Below, in pieces: positions 33,955 to 45,569 of a DNA stretch of 64,000 bases. The stretch's first letter is position 1. Each line of letters starts with the position of its first letter. The notes below the pieces were generated by a model. It was not told the DNA's origin, made no database searches, and was given only the letters and a program-made list of their open reading frames with translations. The position numbers and the translations under genes are program-made. This DNA comes from Bispira polyomma (taxonomy: Eukaryota), in NCBI GenBank assembly GCA_965649765.1, contig OZ287757.1:47306001-47370000 (forward strand). Direction: 5' to 3'.

Positions 33955-36492
33955 ATGGACACTACTAGCTGTGTAATAACCAAGAGTAAAACAAACGTTT
34001 TGCAAATTAACACAGTACAACAGACAGAATCTATATTTGATGATCATATGTTAAATCTAAAAGACGTTAATTTAGTCATCAGTAATGTAAATCAACAAGT
34101 GACTAGTGGTAGTGATATGTGCAGTGACAAGACTCGATCTGACTCTATGAACAATTGTAGTAGCAACTCCATGTCAAAAGTAGATAGGAGTAGTGTTGAT
34201 GTATATTTTAGTTCATATATATCCAGTTTGGATGGATATCACTTATGTTATATTGTATGTAATGATAAGAGGCACATTTCAGGAGTGTACACCTGGACTA
34301 ATGTGTGCGGTCGAGTGTCTCTACATAAATCTGACTGCACTGTGGCTAATATATGGCCAGTAACATTTTACACAACAATGACAATAGATGTCATTGAGAC
34401 AAAAGCCAAACACTTCACAAATGCAACACGTTTAAAACAACACACAAATAAACAGATTCGACAGAGTATCACACACACACGAACAAAGACAAATAAGGCT
34501 CAATATTATTTGGACATTATTGATGAAATATCTAGAGCAGTTCACCAAGGTACACAAACACAAACAGAAGACAACATTGACACTCGACTAGTCAAACGAA
34601 AAAGTATAAAATCAGTAGACACAAATGAACATGTTGCCAATTTTGATGACATTGAGATACTACAGAATTTGATTATAAATGACCACATTGATGCATTAGG
34701 TGACACTAATACAAAAAAAGAAAACAAATTGAAGATAAAAGTGATAATGGACAACAGGACTTATGGTTTTATCACACACGAAGAAGAAACTTTCAATTTT
34801 GTTGGACCAGAGAGACAGACAGTTGACATTGACTCATACGATAAGTTAATTAAGGTGGCTGAGATGATAAAACAAACAAACTTACCAAATTACAGAATGG
34901 CAAGAATACCAATTAAGAGTAATCTTAATGTGAGTAATTGGAAGAAATATCTAACCAATTACCCAAACCAGAAATTACTTGATTACATACAATTCGGATT
35001 TCCCATTTCGCTGTATGAGCGAGACAGACTGAATGTAAAAGATATCAAAAATCATTTCTCAGCCTTCACCTTCCCAAATGTGGTAGACAAGTATTTCACC
35101 ACAGAAATAGAAAGAGGCACAATAATAGGACCAATAAATCAAACTCTTCACAAGGACATACATTGTTCTCCCCTTATGTCTAGGCCTAAAGACAATAATC
35201 AGCGCAGATTAATTCTTAACTTATCTCATCCTTTAGGCAGATCAGTAAATGATTGTACCGTAAAGGACAAATACGACAACACCGACTTTGACTTAAAATT
35301 ACCGACTATTGACCAAATTACCACTTACATTAAATTTTTAGGACCTAAGGCCACCTTAGCGAAATTGGACATAGCCCACGCATTTCGAAACTTACGTGTT
35401 GACCCTCTTGATTGTTTAAAACTAGGTTATGTTTGGGAAAATCAACACTTTATTGATCTAAGTCTTACTTTCGGACTCACCCATGGCACGTCTATCTTTA
35501 TGATGGCATCAGACGCAATTACTTACATCATGACAGAAAAAGGTTTTAAAGTATTTAACTACATCGATGATTACATTATTGTAGAAAAAGAAGATAAGGC
35601 CACCTTAGCCTATGAAACCTTACAAAGGATTGTAACTGAACTTGGTCTACCCATCAATCCCAAGAAATTAGTCCCCCCTAGTAAAAAGGTCACATGTATG
35701 GGCATAACAATTGATATTGCACACGCAACTCTCAGTATTGACGAAGAAAAACTCAATTCAATATATGACATTTGTGTCACATTCAGCTCATTAAGGAAAG
35801 TACCTAGGAATAAGTATCAATCATTATTGGGTAAACTCCTGTATATACAGAGGTGTGTGAAACATTCACGCATATTTATGAATCGGATGCTTACAGTACT
35901 ACGAAATTCCAAACATAGCAAATGGATAAACTTAACGGACGAGTTTCATAAGGACCTGAATTGGTTCTTACGTTTCTTAAAAGAATTCAATGGTACTACA
36001 AAGTATAGCATTGAAAACCAACACTATGACATACTATTTCATGGTGACGCGTGTCTCTCCGGCATAGGTGGCGTGTGGGATAAGAAAGTTTTTCAAACAG
36101 CGTTACCAATGTTTTTAACAGAATCACTATCTATAGTACACTTTGAAATGATCTGCGTACTATTAGCATTGAAATTATGGGGTAAACATTGGCAGAACAA
36201 ACGAATTAAAATCAAATCAGATAACATGGCAGTGGTTTCTGTAGTGCGGTCGCTAAAAACTAAAGATAAATATTTAAGCTTATGTTTGAGAAACATTTGG
36301 CTACTCTGTGCAAAATACAATATAGACCTCTTAATAGAACACATACCAGGTAAAGACAACGTTATTGCAGACTGTTTATCTCGTTGGCATGAATTAGGAC
36401 ATTATGGACAAAAAATGAAGGACTTGATTAAGGAAAATTTTGAAATGTACAATATACCACTAGACATGTTCCTAATGGACACTTTAATTTGA
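33955..36492 (+). CDS. pol: Ngaro ORF2, reverse transcriptase and RNase H (845 aa from the first ATG)
   Basis: RRLILNLS, KLDIAHAFR, LTFG, YIDD; RNase H motifs DAC, FEM, SDNMAVV and HIPGKDNVIADCLSR. Confidence 0.95.
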   Translation: MDTTSCVITKSKTNVLQINTVQQTESIFDDHMLNLKDVNLVISNVNQQVTSGSDMCSDKTRSDSMNNCSSNSMSKVDRSSVDVYFSSYISSLDGYHLCYIVCNDKRHISGVYTWTNVCGRVSLHKSDCTVANIWPVTFYTTMTIDVIETKAKHFTNATRLKQHTNKQIRQSITHTRTKTNKAQYYLDIIDEISRAVHQGTQTQTEDNIDTRLVKRKSIKSVDTNEHVANFDDIEILQNLIINDHIDALGDTNTKKENKLKIKVIMDNRTYGFITHEEETFNFVGPERQTVDIDSYDKLIKVAEMIKQTNLPNYRMARIPIKSNLNVSNWKKYLTNYPNQKLLDYIQFGFPISLYERDRLNVKDIKNHFSAFTFPNVVDKYFTTEIERGTIIGPINQTLHKDIHCSPLMSRPKDNNQRRLILNLSHPLGRSVNDCTVKDKYDNTDFDLKLPTIDQITTYIKFLGPKATLAKLDIAHAFRNLRVDPLDCLKLGYVWENQHFIDLSLTFGLTHGTSIFMMASDAITYIMTEKGFKVFNYIDDYIIVEKEDKATLAYETLQRIVTELGLPINPKKLVPPSKKVTCMGITIDIAHATLSIDEEKLNSIYDICVTFSSLRKVPRNKYQSLLGKLLYIQRCVKHSRIFMNRMLTVLRNSKHSKWINLTDEFHKDLNWFLRFLKEFNGTTKYSIENQHYDILFHGDACLSGIGGVWDKKVFQTALPMFLTESLSIVHFEMICVLLALKLWGKHWQNKRIKIKSDNMAVVSVVRSLKTKDKYLSLCLRNIWLLCAKYNIDLLIEHIPGKDNVIADCLSRWHELGHYGQKMKDLIKENFEMYNIPLDMFLMDTLI

Positions 36493-36500
36493 TTTCAGGA

Positions 36501-37478
36501 ATGACAGAAACAGCTAGACCTCTCTTGACAAGTGCAGTCCAGAGAATTAGACAGTGTCACAGACCCAGAACTACTAAACAATATAACAGCCAGTTTAGAT
36601 TATTCCTGGCCTTCACAGTATACTACCAGCTGAATGAAACATTCAGTTTCAATACCATTATTACATTCATGGAATATCTAGTACAATCTGGAGTTTCACC
36701 CAAAGTGATAAACAACTACTTGTCAGCGATACGTCATACTTGCAAATTTCTTAACATTACTGACAAAGGTCTTTATGATCAAAGATTACCACTGTTTCAA
36801 AGATCAGTCGAATTATCCTCAAGATTTTCTCCCAAGGTCAAAGGTGTCTTCGACCTTCACCAATTGATAGAAATTTCAAAAACATGTGAAATTCTTCATT
36901 GCCCTGAATTATTCAGAACAGCGTTTTTGGTTGCATATTTCGGATTCCTGCGAATCTCTAATTTGACTACAACTTCCGGATACCCATTTGACCCAACTAG
37001 ACACATTACCAGGGATGACTTGGTATTTGCTCACCCTGGCATTCATTTGATTCTAAAGTGGTCGAAGACGAATCAGACCAGATCACATACAGACATAATT
37101 TAACTTCCCGCTCTTAGCAACCCTTGGCTTTGTCCACTCACTGCTGTCAAGAAATTATTTCAAAAATTTCCAATGTCAGGGAAAGCACCATTATTAGCTG
37201 ATCCTTCAGACAAAGATAAATGCCTTTCAGATACAAAGCTCAGGATTGCTTTAAAACGCATACTGACACACATAAACATACCTCATGAAGGACACTCATT
37301 TCATTGTTTCAGACGATCAGGCGCATCACTAGCCTTCAATTCAAATATACAACTGCAACATATCCAGAAACATGGGTGTTGGAAATCAGATGCAGTTTGG
37401 TCCTACCTACAATCCACTTCTCATGCCGCCTCCATCATCCCTTCCACCTTTGCTTCCATCATTTCTTCAAAATTTTAA
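36501..37478 (+). pseudogene. Ngaro ORF3, tyrosine recombinase with one in-frame stop (TAA 37101-37103)
   Basis: FGFLRISN (R), KWSKTNQ (K), HCFRRSGA (HxxR), HGCWKSDAVWSY (W, Y); the two ORF-track pieces are in the same frame. Confidence 0.9.
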
Positions 37479-37486
37479 TTTGGCCT

Positions 37487-37690
37487 TGGCATTTTAAAAA
37501 TTTTAAATTAGAAATTTTATGTACAGATGTATATACAAATTAATGAATTATGAATAAATTTATCCCAAACTGCATCCGATTCTCATCTACCAAACAGACC
37601 CACACCATCATTATGACCTTCACTATTAGATAAAGGTCAAACTTACCTCTCTGACCCTTCATGGTCACATTCAAACATTTCATGAGACTG
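37487..37690 (+). repeat. Ngaro split direct repeat B1 (204 bp)
   Basis: Matches 37966-38153 apart from a 16-bp indel. Confidence 0.95.
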
Positions 37691-37901
37691 TGATAGTCAC
37701 TGCATTAAGCATGGCTTCTCAGTCGCAGAAATTTCATATATTACAGTAATGCTGATAAACAATTTGTTTACTGAGACAGCAGCCTATTAGAACACTTACT
37801 GATAGCCAATAGCAGGCTGGTTCACTCAGGCATTTTGCCGCCCTTTCTATTGTGAGGGCATTGCAAAACTAGAAGTTGAATAAGCAACAACTAAAATTTT
37901 G
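37691..37901 (+). repeat. Ngaro split direct repeat A2
   Basis: Matches A1. Confidence 0.95.
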
Positions 37902-37965
37902 CCCAAACCACCCTCCCCCTTTTTAGATTGTACTAATGTATGTATCATATGGGTTATTTTACGTA

Positions 37966-38153
37966 TGGCATTTTAAAAATTTTAAATTAGAAATTTTATG
38001 TACAGATGTATATACAAATTAATGAATTATGAATAAATTTATCCCAAACTGCATCCGATTCTCATCTACCAAACAGACCCACACCATCATTATGACCTTC
38101 ACTATTAGATAAAGGTCAAACTTACCTCTCCATTCAAACATTTCATGAGACTG
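37966..38153 (+). repeat. Ngaro split direct repeat B2 (188 bp)
   Basis: Matches B1. Confidence 0.95.
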
Positions 38154-38882
38154 CAATTATATTTTCATGGTTCTGTTCCGAATGAAGTGTGCACCCTAAG
38201 GTAAAATTTAACCCTTTTAATCCTAAGAGAAAAATATTGCCAGGAACTGAAGGGAATTTTTAGGTAATCGGCTACACATAGCTGTACCACCGACTACTTC
38301 CAGCATTCAATAACAGTCTTGCATATGGGAAAATAATATTTTGGAGGTCTTGACTGCTGGTCGGCAGACATACGGGTCAAAAGGGTTAAACATAACAAAA
38401 TTACATCGGTTGGTTCACTGGTACAAATATAGATTCCAGCATAGTAGTGTTTGCGTCAACCAATATTAATTTTCACAAGAAGCGTTGGCTGCTTCTCAGC
38501 CATCGTAGTGGACAACACTAAATCGGAGGTAAAATTAGAGGTTTTAAAATGTGTACAGCAGTCCAATACAATGTTGTAGTGTTTGTATAATTTGTTTCAT
38601 TTCTACTCTTGATAAAGCAAATGGCTGAAGCTTTAAACTGTAGCAGAAAATATATATTCTGTGAGAAGAAACTCTATTCGCTAAAACCAAAATTATTTTT
38701 TTGTAAAAAAAAATTTCTCAAACAAAAATCAAACCTCTTAACTCTCAAATCTAAGTATAATGCTACATTTACCTTTTGAATATACATTACATTATCATAA
38801 TCTAAAAAATCCCTTTAAAAGTACACACCTTGATTTATGTTGGTATTCTTTAGTATTTACTGTCATTTTCTTTATATTTCAG

Positions 38883-38933
38883 CGGCACTAGCCTTTGTGA
38901 CTGATGGCATTGGAAACCCTTCGTTCAGACAAG
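38883..38933 (+). CDS. Secreted repeat/Cys-rich protein, copy 2, exon 3
   Basis: (A)ALAFVTDGIGNPSFRQ; splice sites conserved. Confidence 0.7.
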
Positions 38934-40226
38934 GTAAACCACACTGAGTGCTGAATTTCAATATCTGTATTTGATAATGATCAACTGTTCTATCAATGGT
39001 GTTGAGACATGTGGTTTTACCATGGGCTATTTTGTTAAGGAGTTGGTTGAGAAGGTCCCTGGATTGTCTGATCAGTTGGCAGAGTTGGTCTGGTGACTGG
39101 GAGGTCTCCAGTTCCATGCATGTGTAATATCAATATATGTCAATGCTTTAAACACTCCGACCTCTGGGATTTCTCCTTTTGCTCAACTGTTGGTGTACTG
39201 GACTATTAATCTCAAGACACCCAAAGTCCATAGAATGAATCCCACCAGAAGCAAGCCTCCTTCTACTTTTACACCTGCTAATGCAGCTTTGTTTTTTGTT
39301 TGGTTAACATCCTTGGACAAGATATGAATACGCCACTGCCTACTGATGACTAACAAGGCTATGTCATAGGACCATCCATTTCAGAGAAAGACATTTTTAT
39401 GAGATTTTTATTTGATTTTATTATATTTATAAGATGAGAGTTTTTGGCATGGCATTACACCCCCTACTTGCAGTAATGAGTGTCAAAATTATCACTTTCA
39501 AAGGTGTAACTTTCAATTTTGTTACAAGGTCATGCGACTATGTATTAGCCAGTGAAAATTGAGGATGTGACACATACATCCGACATCCTCATTTGAACTG
39601 AAAATTGCAGACAATTGCAGACAAATTTCTTGACATCAGTTTTGCTCTATTGTATTTTCTGTTTATCAAGCTGTACGCCAGCAGAAGAATCAGAAATTAA
39701 TTATTTAGACATGTACAGTTACTACTAAACTACATAGGTGGAACTAGGAATTTGTTAAGGTCCTAGAATATATTGTGAACATAAATGTTAATTTTTTGGT
39801 TGCTAACCTCATGTTTCTATCACCAGTAAAAATTATTTAAAGAGGGGCGGTGTATAATAATTATTGCTTGGAAGGGCCAGTCGTCTTATGACACCTCTTT
39901 GTTGCCTACCAGTCCACATCGAAGGGAGCCAAATTTGGTGATATTTTTTGTAAAAATGTATCGAGCAGTAGTTTATTGGAGTATGATATTGGTCATCTTT
40001 TTATCCGAATGCCCCAATAACAAACATGAATCTGACAACCATATTTCAATATTTATGTTCACAATATATTGAGGTAATGGATCTTCCCGACCCATACCCC
40101 CTCATTACGACATCCTGGGCGCAACTATTGGTCCGCTGATACTGATTTACATTAGGCTGCTCAAAGCCTATATGCCCTACCAAATCATTGTTCTTGTACT
40201 GTTTCTCTATCACTGCTTGTATCCAG

Positions 40227-40353
40227 TGACTAGAAGACCAGGGCCTGCCTCAGGATCTAAATTGGGATGTTTCATCACTTGCACCGGTGGGAGCTGCAAC
40301 TGCTCTGGAGGCAGTCTGTGTGGATGCAGGTGTGGCACTTCTGGCCAACCAAT
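40227..40353 (+). CDS. Secreted repeat/Cys-rich protein, copy 2, exon 4
   Basis: (V)TRRPGPASGSKLGCFITCTGGSCNCSGGSLCGCRCGTSGQP. Confidence 0.8.
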
Positions 40354-41734
40354 GTAAGACTTAATTTTTTACCCCATAATGTTTGCCTCTCAATGTACAA
40401 GGTACAAATCCTGTTCATTACCTCATGTGGCAAAGTCTTATCTAGTACTAACCATAGGTAGGTTGTTTACAATGCTTCACCCTTAAAATCTGGCTATCGT
40501 AATATGGCCCACATGCTGTTGAAAGCAATGCTTAAACCAAACTATCAATAAGTACACAAATTATGAGTAAATAATGTTGGCATGTTTGGTATGATATAAC
40601 AACTTGACGAGTGACAATTAGAAACAAAAAAGAACAAGACAAAGATAGAATGATCATGCATTGTGGATATATGTGTCTAAACACTTTACCTGTGGTATGT
40701 TGATGAGATTCTAAAGGATTTGTGTAAAAGTGTGTTCCTACATTTCAAATCCCAGTTGGACAAATATTGGCTCCAAATTACTGTGTCTCTTACCGTTTCC
40801 AGGATATTCAAAAATTTTAAGATGGTTGCCTAAATTTTGGACATTTCAATATTGACAGACATATTCAGCAAAACAATCCCTCACGGATATAGCTTGGAAT
40901 TCTAGGAATAAGCAAAGTACTTCCAACAAAAACGTTTAAATATACCTTATTCACTCATCTGCTGGGAAAATAATAAACTTTAGCGCATCAAATAAAACAA
41001 TGGGCTGGAGTTTAAACTTTTTACAATATTTTAGACTGAAAAGTATGATTTCCGCTCAGCAGTGGATAAAGCAAATAGAACCTTTACTGATAGACAATAA
41101 TAAATGCTTACTCAATTTAATATATGTAAAAATAAGTATTAAACTTTGGTTAATGACTGAAGTAAAGCCTAATGAAATATACCAAGAATTGGTTTGCAGG
41201 TCATCAAAACCACCACTATCACTGTGTAGATGGATTAACATACATCTGTTCTTTGAAAATTATTTGTGGTCTATATCTTTCACGTTACCATTTTAAACTA
41301 TACAGGAAACATACTTTCAAAGTTTCCAATATAAGGTTATACAGAAAATAATCAACTTCAGACATAATCTTTTCAAAAGGAAAATAACAGATAGTCCGAA
41401 TTGTCATTATTGCTCACTAGTTGATACAATAGAAAATCACCTTTATTACTTCCAAGTTTACAAATATTTCTGGAAAAAAGTCACTATCTTTATATGTGTA
41501 AATTATGTATGTGTACATTGCAAAATATTGAAATTGTGTACATATTGTTGTAGTACAAAAGTATAATAATCACATATTCGTGAGAAAATTTAAGAGTTTT
41601 TATGTCATGTGTATAATGTGTATCTATATATGAAAACAATAAAAGAACAGGTAAATGTTTAAACATAACTTAAAACAAATAACTAAAAAATATCATTTAA
41701 GAATATGGCCCCTCACTTGTTTTGTATTGTGCAG

Positions 41735-41870
41735 ATGTATTCTTTTGGATGTAGACGATAGGGATTATACATCAGATAGTTTGCAATTTACTAAAATATC
41801 TCTCCGTGAAAATTGTGACATTCAGAAGAACTACTTTCAGCCTGGCTACCGCTTGTTCAGTGAATACTAA
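41735..41870 (+). CDS. Secreted repeat/Cys-rich protein, copy 2, exon 5 (intact)
   Basis: (I)CILLDVDDRDYTSDSLQFTKISLRENCDIQKNYFQPGYRLFSEY*; gives a 230-aa protein with 12 Cys. Confidence 0.65.
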
Positions 41871-42919
41871 AATTTAGCTGATAAAATTTGTATAAGTATG
41901 CTGTATGTATGGCAAAATAATGGTTGTGGTAAGAAATGCTGTGTAATGTGTCACTGTGACCGAGTTGTGAAACTGAACAACTAGAACCCACCCATTTTTG
42001 TACCCTGAGTGTAACAATTGTTATCCAGAGAACAACTTTAATATGTTTTTTAAAAAAGCAAAAACCTATAACCCCAAATTGACAAGTTTAACCAGTGCTG
42101 TACATTTTTGAATTATTCATGTGCTCAATTTCAGTTGTGTCGGTGCAAGCATTCAGGCTGCTCTGCCCCCAGGTGGAGAACCCTAAGCCAACATGACTGA
42201 TGTCTATTTAAACACTTGTCTAGTACAAGAATATTATTTGTGTTTTTAAGTATGGTTTTAACCTGAGCTAACCAAAGAAAAAATATTTTATATATACTCA
42301 CTAAAGAATTTGACTCATATGGTATTTGATTTTATTATATTTGTTTCAAAATTTTAAAAGTGAAATTTATTATAATCCTTTAACAAATAAACCATCTTAC
42401 TATATTGTAGTTTTCTTTTGAATGGGAAACTTTATACATGCCCTTAAAAAGGAATTTCCACAATGGTAGATACTTGTCCACAGATTTGAAAAATGTCAAA
42501 TAACTTATCTGATGAACATTTTTGTGGGATTTGTTTGTGGTATTCACATATATGGCCATCTAAAAGTGACTAGGCTCTAAACTATTTGTGCTGTGGCTAT
42601 TGGAGTTAATCAAAGACATCCATTTTAAGACATTAAAATCAGTTTAAAATCAATGTTTAAGCATAACTACATAATAGTAATTATAGTTTGAATGGTCAAA
42701 CAAATTACATATTAGAAGTCATATTTCAAGTAAATGTTTTAAAATTGTTGTTCGACCCTTTTCCAAGCAGATATAATGAAAACATGTATATTTTTAGCAA
42801 ACCAATGGCAATAACCTTCATTAAATATACCTTGGAATAGTAATATTTGAGATTTTAGATAATTTTTACTTCCTGGTCAAAAGTCTGCTCCTAAACAAAC
42901 TAATGGTGCAATATACTTT

Positions 42920-45520
42920 TTTCATTCAAATGCAATCCATTGTCAACTTTTCAGCACACTTTCTATTTAAGATAGCAAGTATTGATCATTATATTTGCTC
43001 TTTAGATACTGTTGGTACTCAAAAAAATTTAAGTATGCATTGTATCTTACAAAATTAAGAATTTAAAATTTTGTTGTTATATAAACAACATTTATAGGAA
43101 TATTAGGTATATCATATTCCCAAGTTCTAAAGATCCATGTACTAGGACTACAAGTAAACTTGATACTTACTGAATGACTCAACCAAGATTTGATATTACT
43201 CAAAAACAGCACACTTTTTTGGCACAAGACGAACAAGTGAAGATTTAGTTCTTCATGCCCATTATAGAGACAACACATAGCTGTTTGAGAATGTTTTATT
43301 TTATGCAAAAATGTATTTGTAAATAATCTGTATATTTATTTTATACTGAAACCTACTCAGTGAGTTATCCTTGATAAAATGAAAACATATTTTATGTATA
43401 ATTTTTCAGGTCCAAAGATATAATCAGATCATCTTTCCACTTATGGTGAGATCTGTTGTCACAGATACTATCAGTTCTCATTATGTCATAACAATCTCTT
43501 GTTCCTGTTCAAGATTTGCAGAGTAGCGGGATATGGTTGTAATAAATAGGCCTTTGTCATATCTTTGGTGAAAGATCGTTAGTTTGAATGTACTTTTTTA
43601 AAGACGAACGCAACCTGTGGTATGTACTAAAGTCCACATGAGTAATGTAGTATAGAGTAATACTCTCCTTAGTCACAAAGTCAAACTCATTTGTGATAAG
43701 ATCAAGTGAGGAAATGACTTCTTTGTTATATAACTTAGATATCAAACAGTTCAATTTTAAAATAGCAGAGAGGTCCAAACGTTCTCTTATAGTCATTACT
43801 TTTTCTGGCCAAGTTTGATATAACACTGCAGACTATCAGAACATCCTTCCAAAACTTGTTGCTTATTATACGAGCTCTTAGTAAGAACCACTCAGACCCC
43901 AAGTAAAGTATTTTATTGACTGATCCAATACCACTGTGTGTTAACTGTATCCAGGGGGAGTCTTTGTTACAATATAAATAACGGATTCATGATACTCAAA
44001 GCCCTTTGATCAAAAAGTTGACATTTATGATTTAAAACCTTCTTTCAAATACCCTTTTGACAATTGCTTTCGAATGACTTTATCTGGTTTGTCATCCCAG
44101 ATAAATTTGTAAAATATAGTATTTATTTGTTAAATGAACTTAGTATCAGGGTTGGTATAGAAATAAAAAGATGATTTAACTTGAGTAGCAATGAAGTTTT
44201 TATCGCTCTTAATTTACCAATAGGTATTAACTAGTATATTTTCCAGTATTTTGACGACTGTTTTATTTTGCTTTCTGCTTTGGGATGACTAAGATCATTT
44301 TGCTCAGATCAACTGAAAATGTTATTCCTAACAAATTAAATTGTTTCCCACTTCTTGTCATTTGAAAATCTTTTCATCCCTATTCATTTAGTTTTGTTTT
44401 GTCAGTGTTAACCTTTACTCCAAACAATGATCTATATATACGTATTTAATGCTACAAACAGAGAACCAATTGTACCATTCAGTATTATATTGGTGTCATC
44501 AGCAAATTGTGTTATCTTAGATACAGTGTCGCTTATAGTTATTTCTATAAAAAAAAGATTTTTGACTATAATAATCAATATTTGTTGACATATAATAAAT
44601 AAATAAGGTGCAATTGGGTCGACTTGTCGACAGCGCTTCTCAATGTTATGAAGTCTAACAGAACACCACAACAGCTGCCTTAATGTTTTTAATTGAACAT
44701 TTGTATCCAGCTTAGCATACTGTCACCAAAACCAAGAAAGTTCACAACAGAGGATAAAAATTTCCAGAAAACAGAATCAAAAGCTTTTTCAAAGTCTATA
44801 AGTCCTATTATTTTGCTCTGTATAATACATTAAATTGAATATTAAGTGATCTTCCAAAGGTATTTTATAAAATTCTATCAGCGATGGCACTAGAACCATT
44901 TTTGTCAATAACAGAGAAACAGGTCACCAATTCTTTAAGAATTGTACTGGTTTATTACCATCTGGTAAACAGTTGATAATCCATTACAGTAATGATGTTG
45001 ACATTTCGCCACATTTGTAAGCATGGTTTAAGGCTCTAAGTACAAAATATTTTTGTTTACTCCAAAATACTTTAAAAAATTCAGATAGGAATCCATCAAT
45101 GCCAGGACATTTCCCACTTTATATTGCTTTTAGTGCAATACTCAATTCACTGGTCTTTGAAGGGCCTTCATGTTCTGCTAGTTCATTTAGTGACAGTTTT
45201 GTAACATTATTTATGAATGAAGTGTCATTAAAATTTGGTTCAGAGAGAAATTTGTCATTATTTTAAAATAGCCTCTAAATTTTTTTTTATTTCTTCAAGA
45301 ATTTCTATTTAATCTGTCAAATTTTTACCATTCTGTTTTACGATAAGCTTTATGGTTTTTCGAGATAATTGGTGTTCCAAAGAACAGATTTGGATTTGGA
45401 AGGTTTCTCATCCACTTTTAGCCATTATACTCTATATCTGATGTAGATACCTTTTAATTTTTCTTCTCTTAATTCTTGTAATTTCTTCTTTTTATCTTCA
45501 AATTGTGTACAATAAAATTT
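42920..45520 (-). mobile_element. Degenerate Tx1/L1-like LINE ORF2 (copy 2)
   Basis: Duplicate of 13340-15940. Confidence 0.85.
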
Positions 45521-45569
45521 CAAGGTAAAGCTTATCATTTTCTGTTAAAAATAGGTCACATCAGTAAAC

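Larger units (their letters stand above)
31942..38153 (+). mobile_element. Full-length Ngaro-type tyrosine-recombinase retrotransposon (DIRS order)
   Basis: Split direct repeats A1-gag-RT/RH-YR-B1-A2-B2; no methyltransferase domain; no TSD; empty site ctagtatattt|caattata at 61922/61923. Confidence 0.95.

Noticed and set aside
31942-37901. LTR retrotransposon bounded by the 211-bp A repeats
   Set aside because: No integrase or protease, no TSD, and the element extends through B2; the layout is split direct repeats with a tyrosine recombinase.
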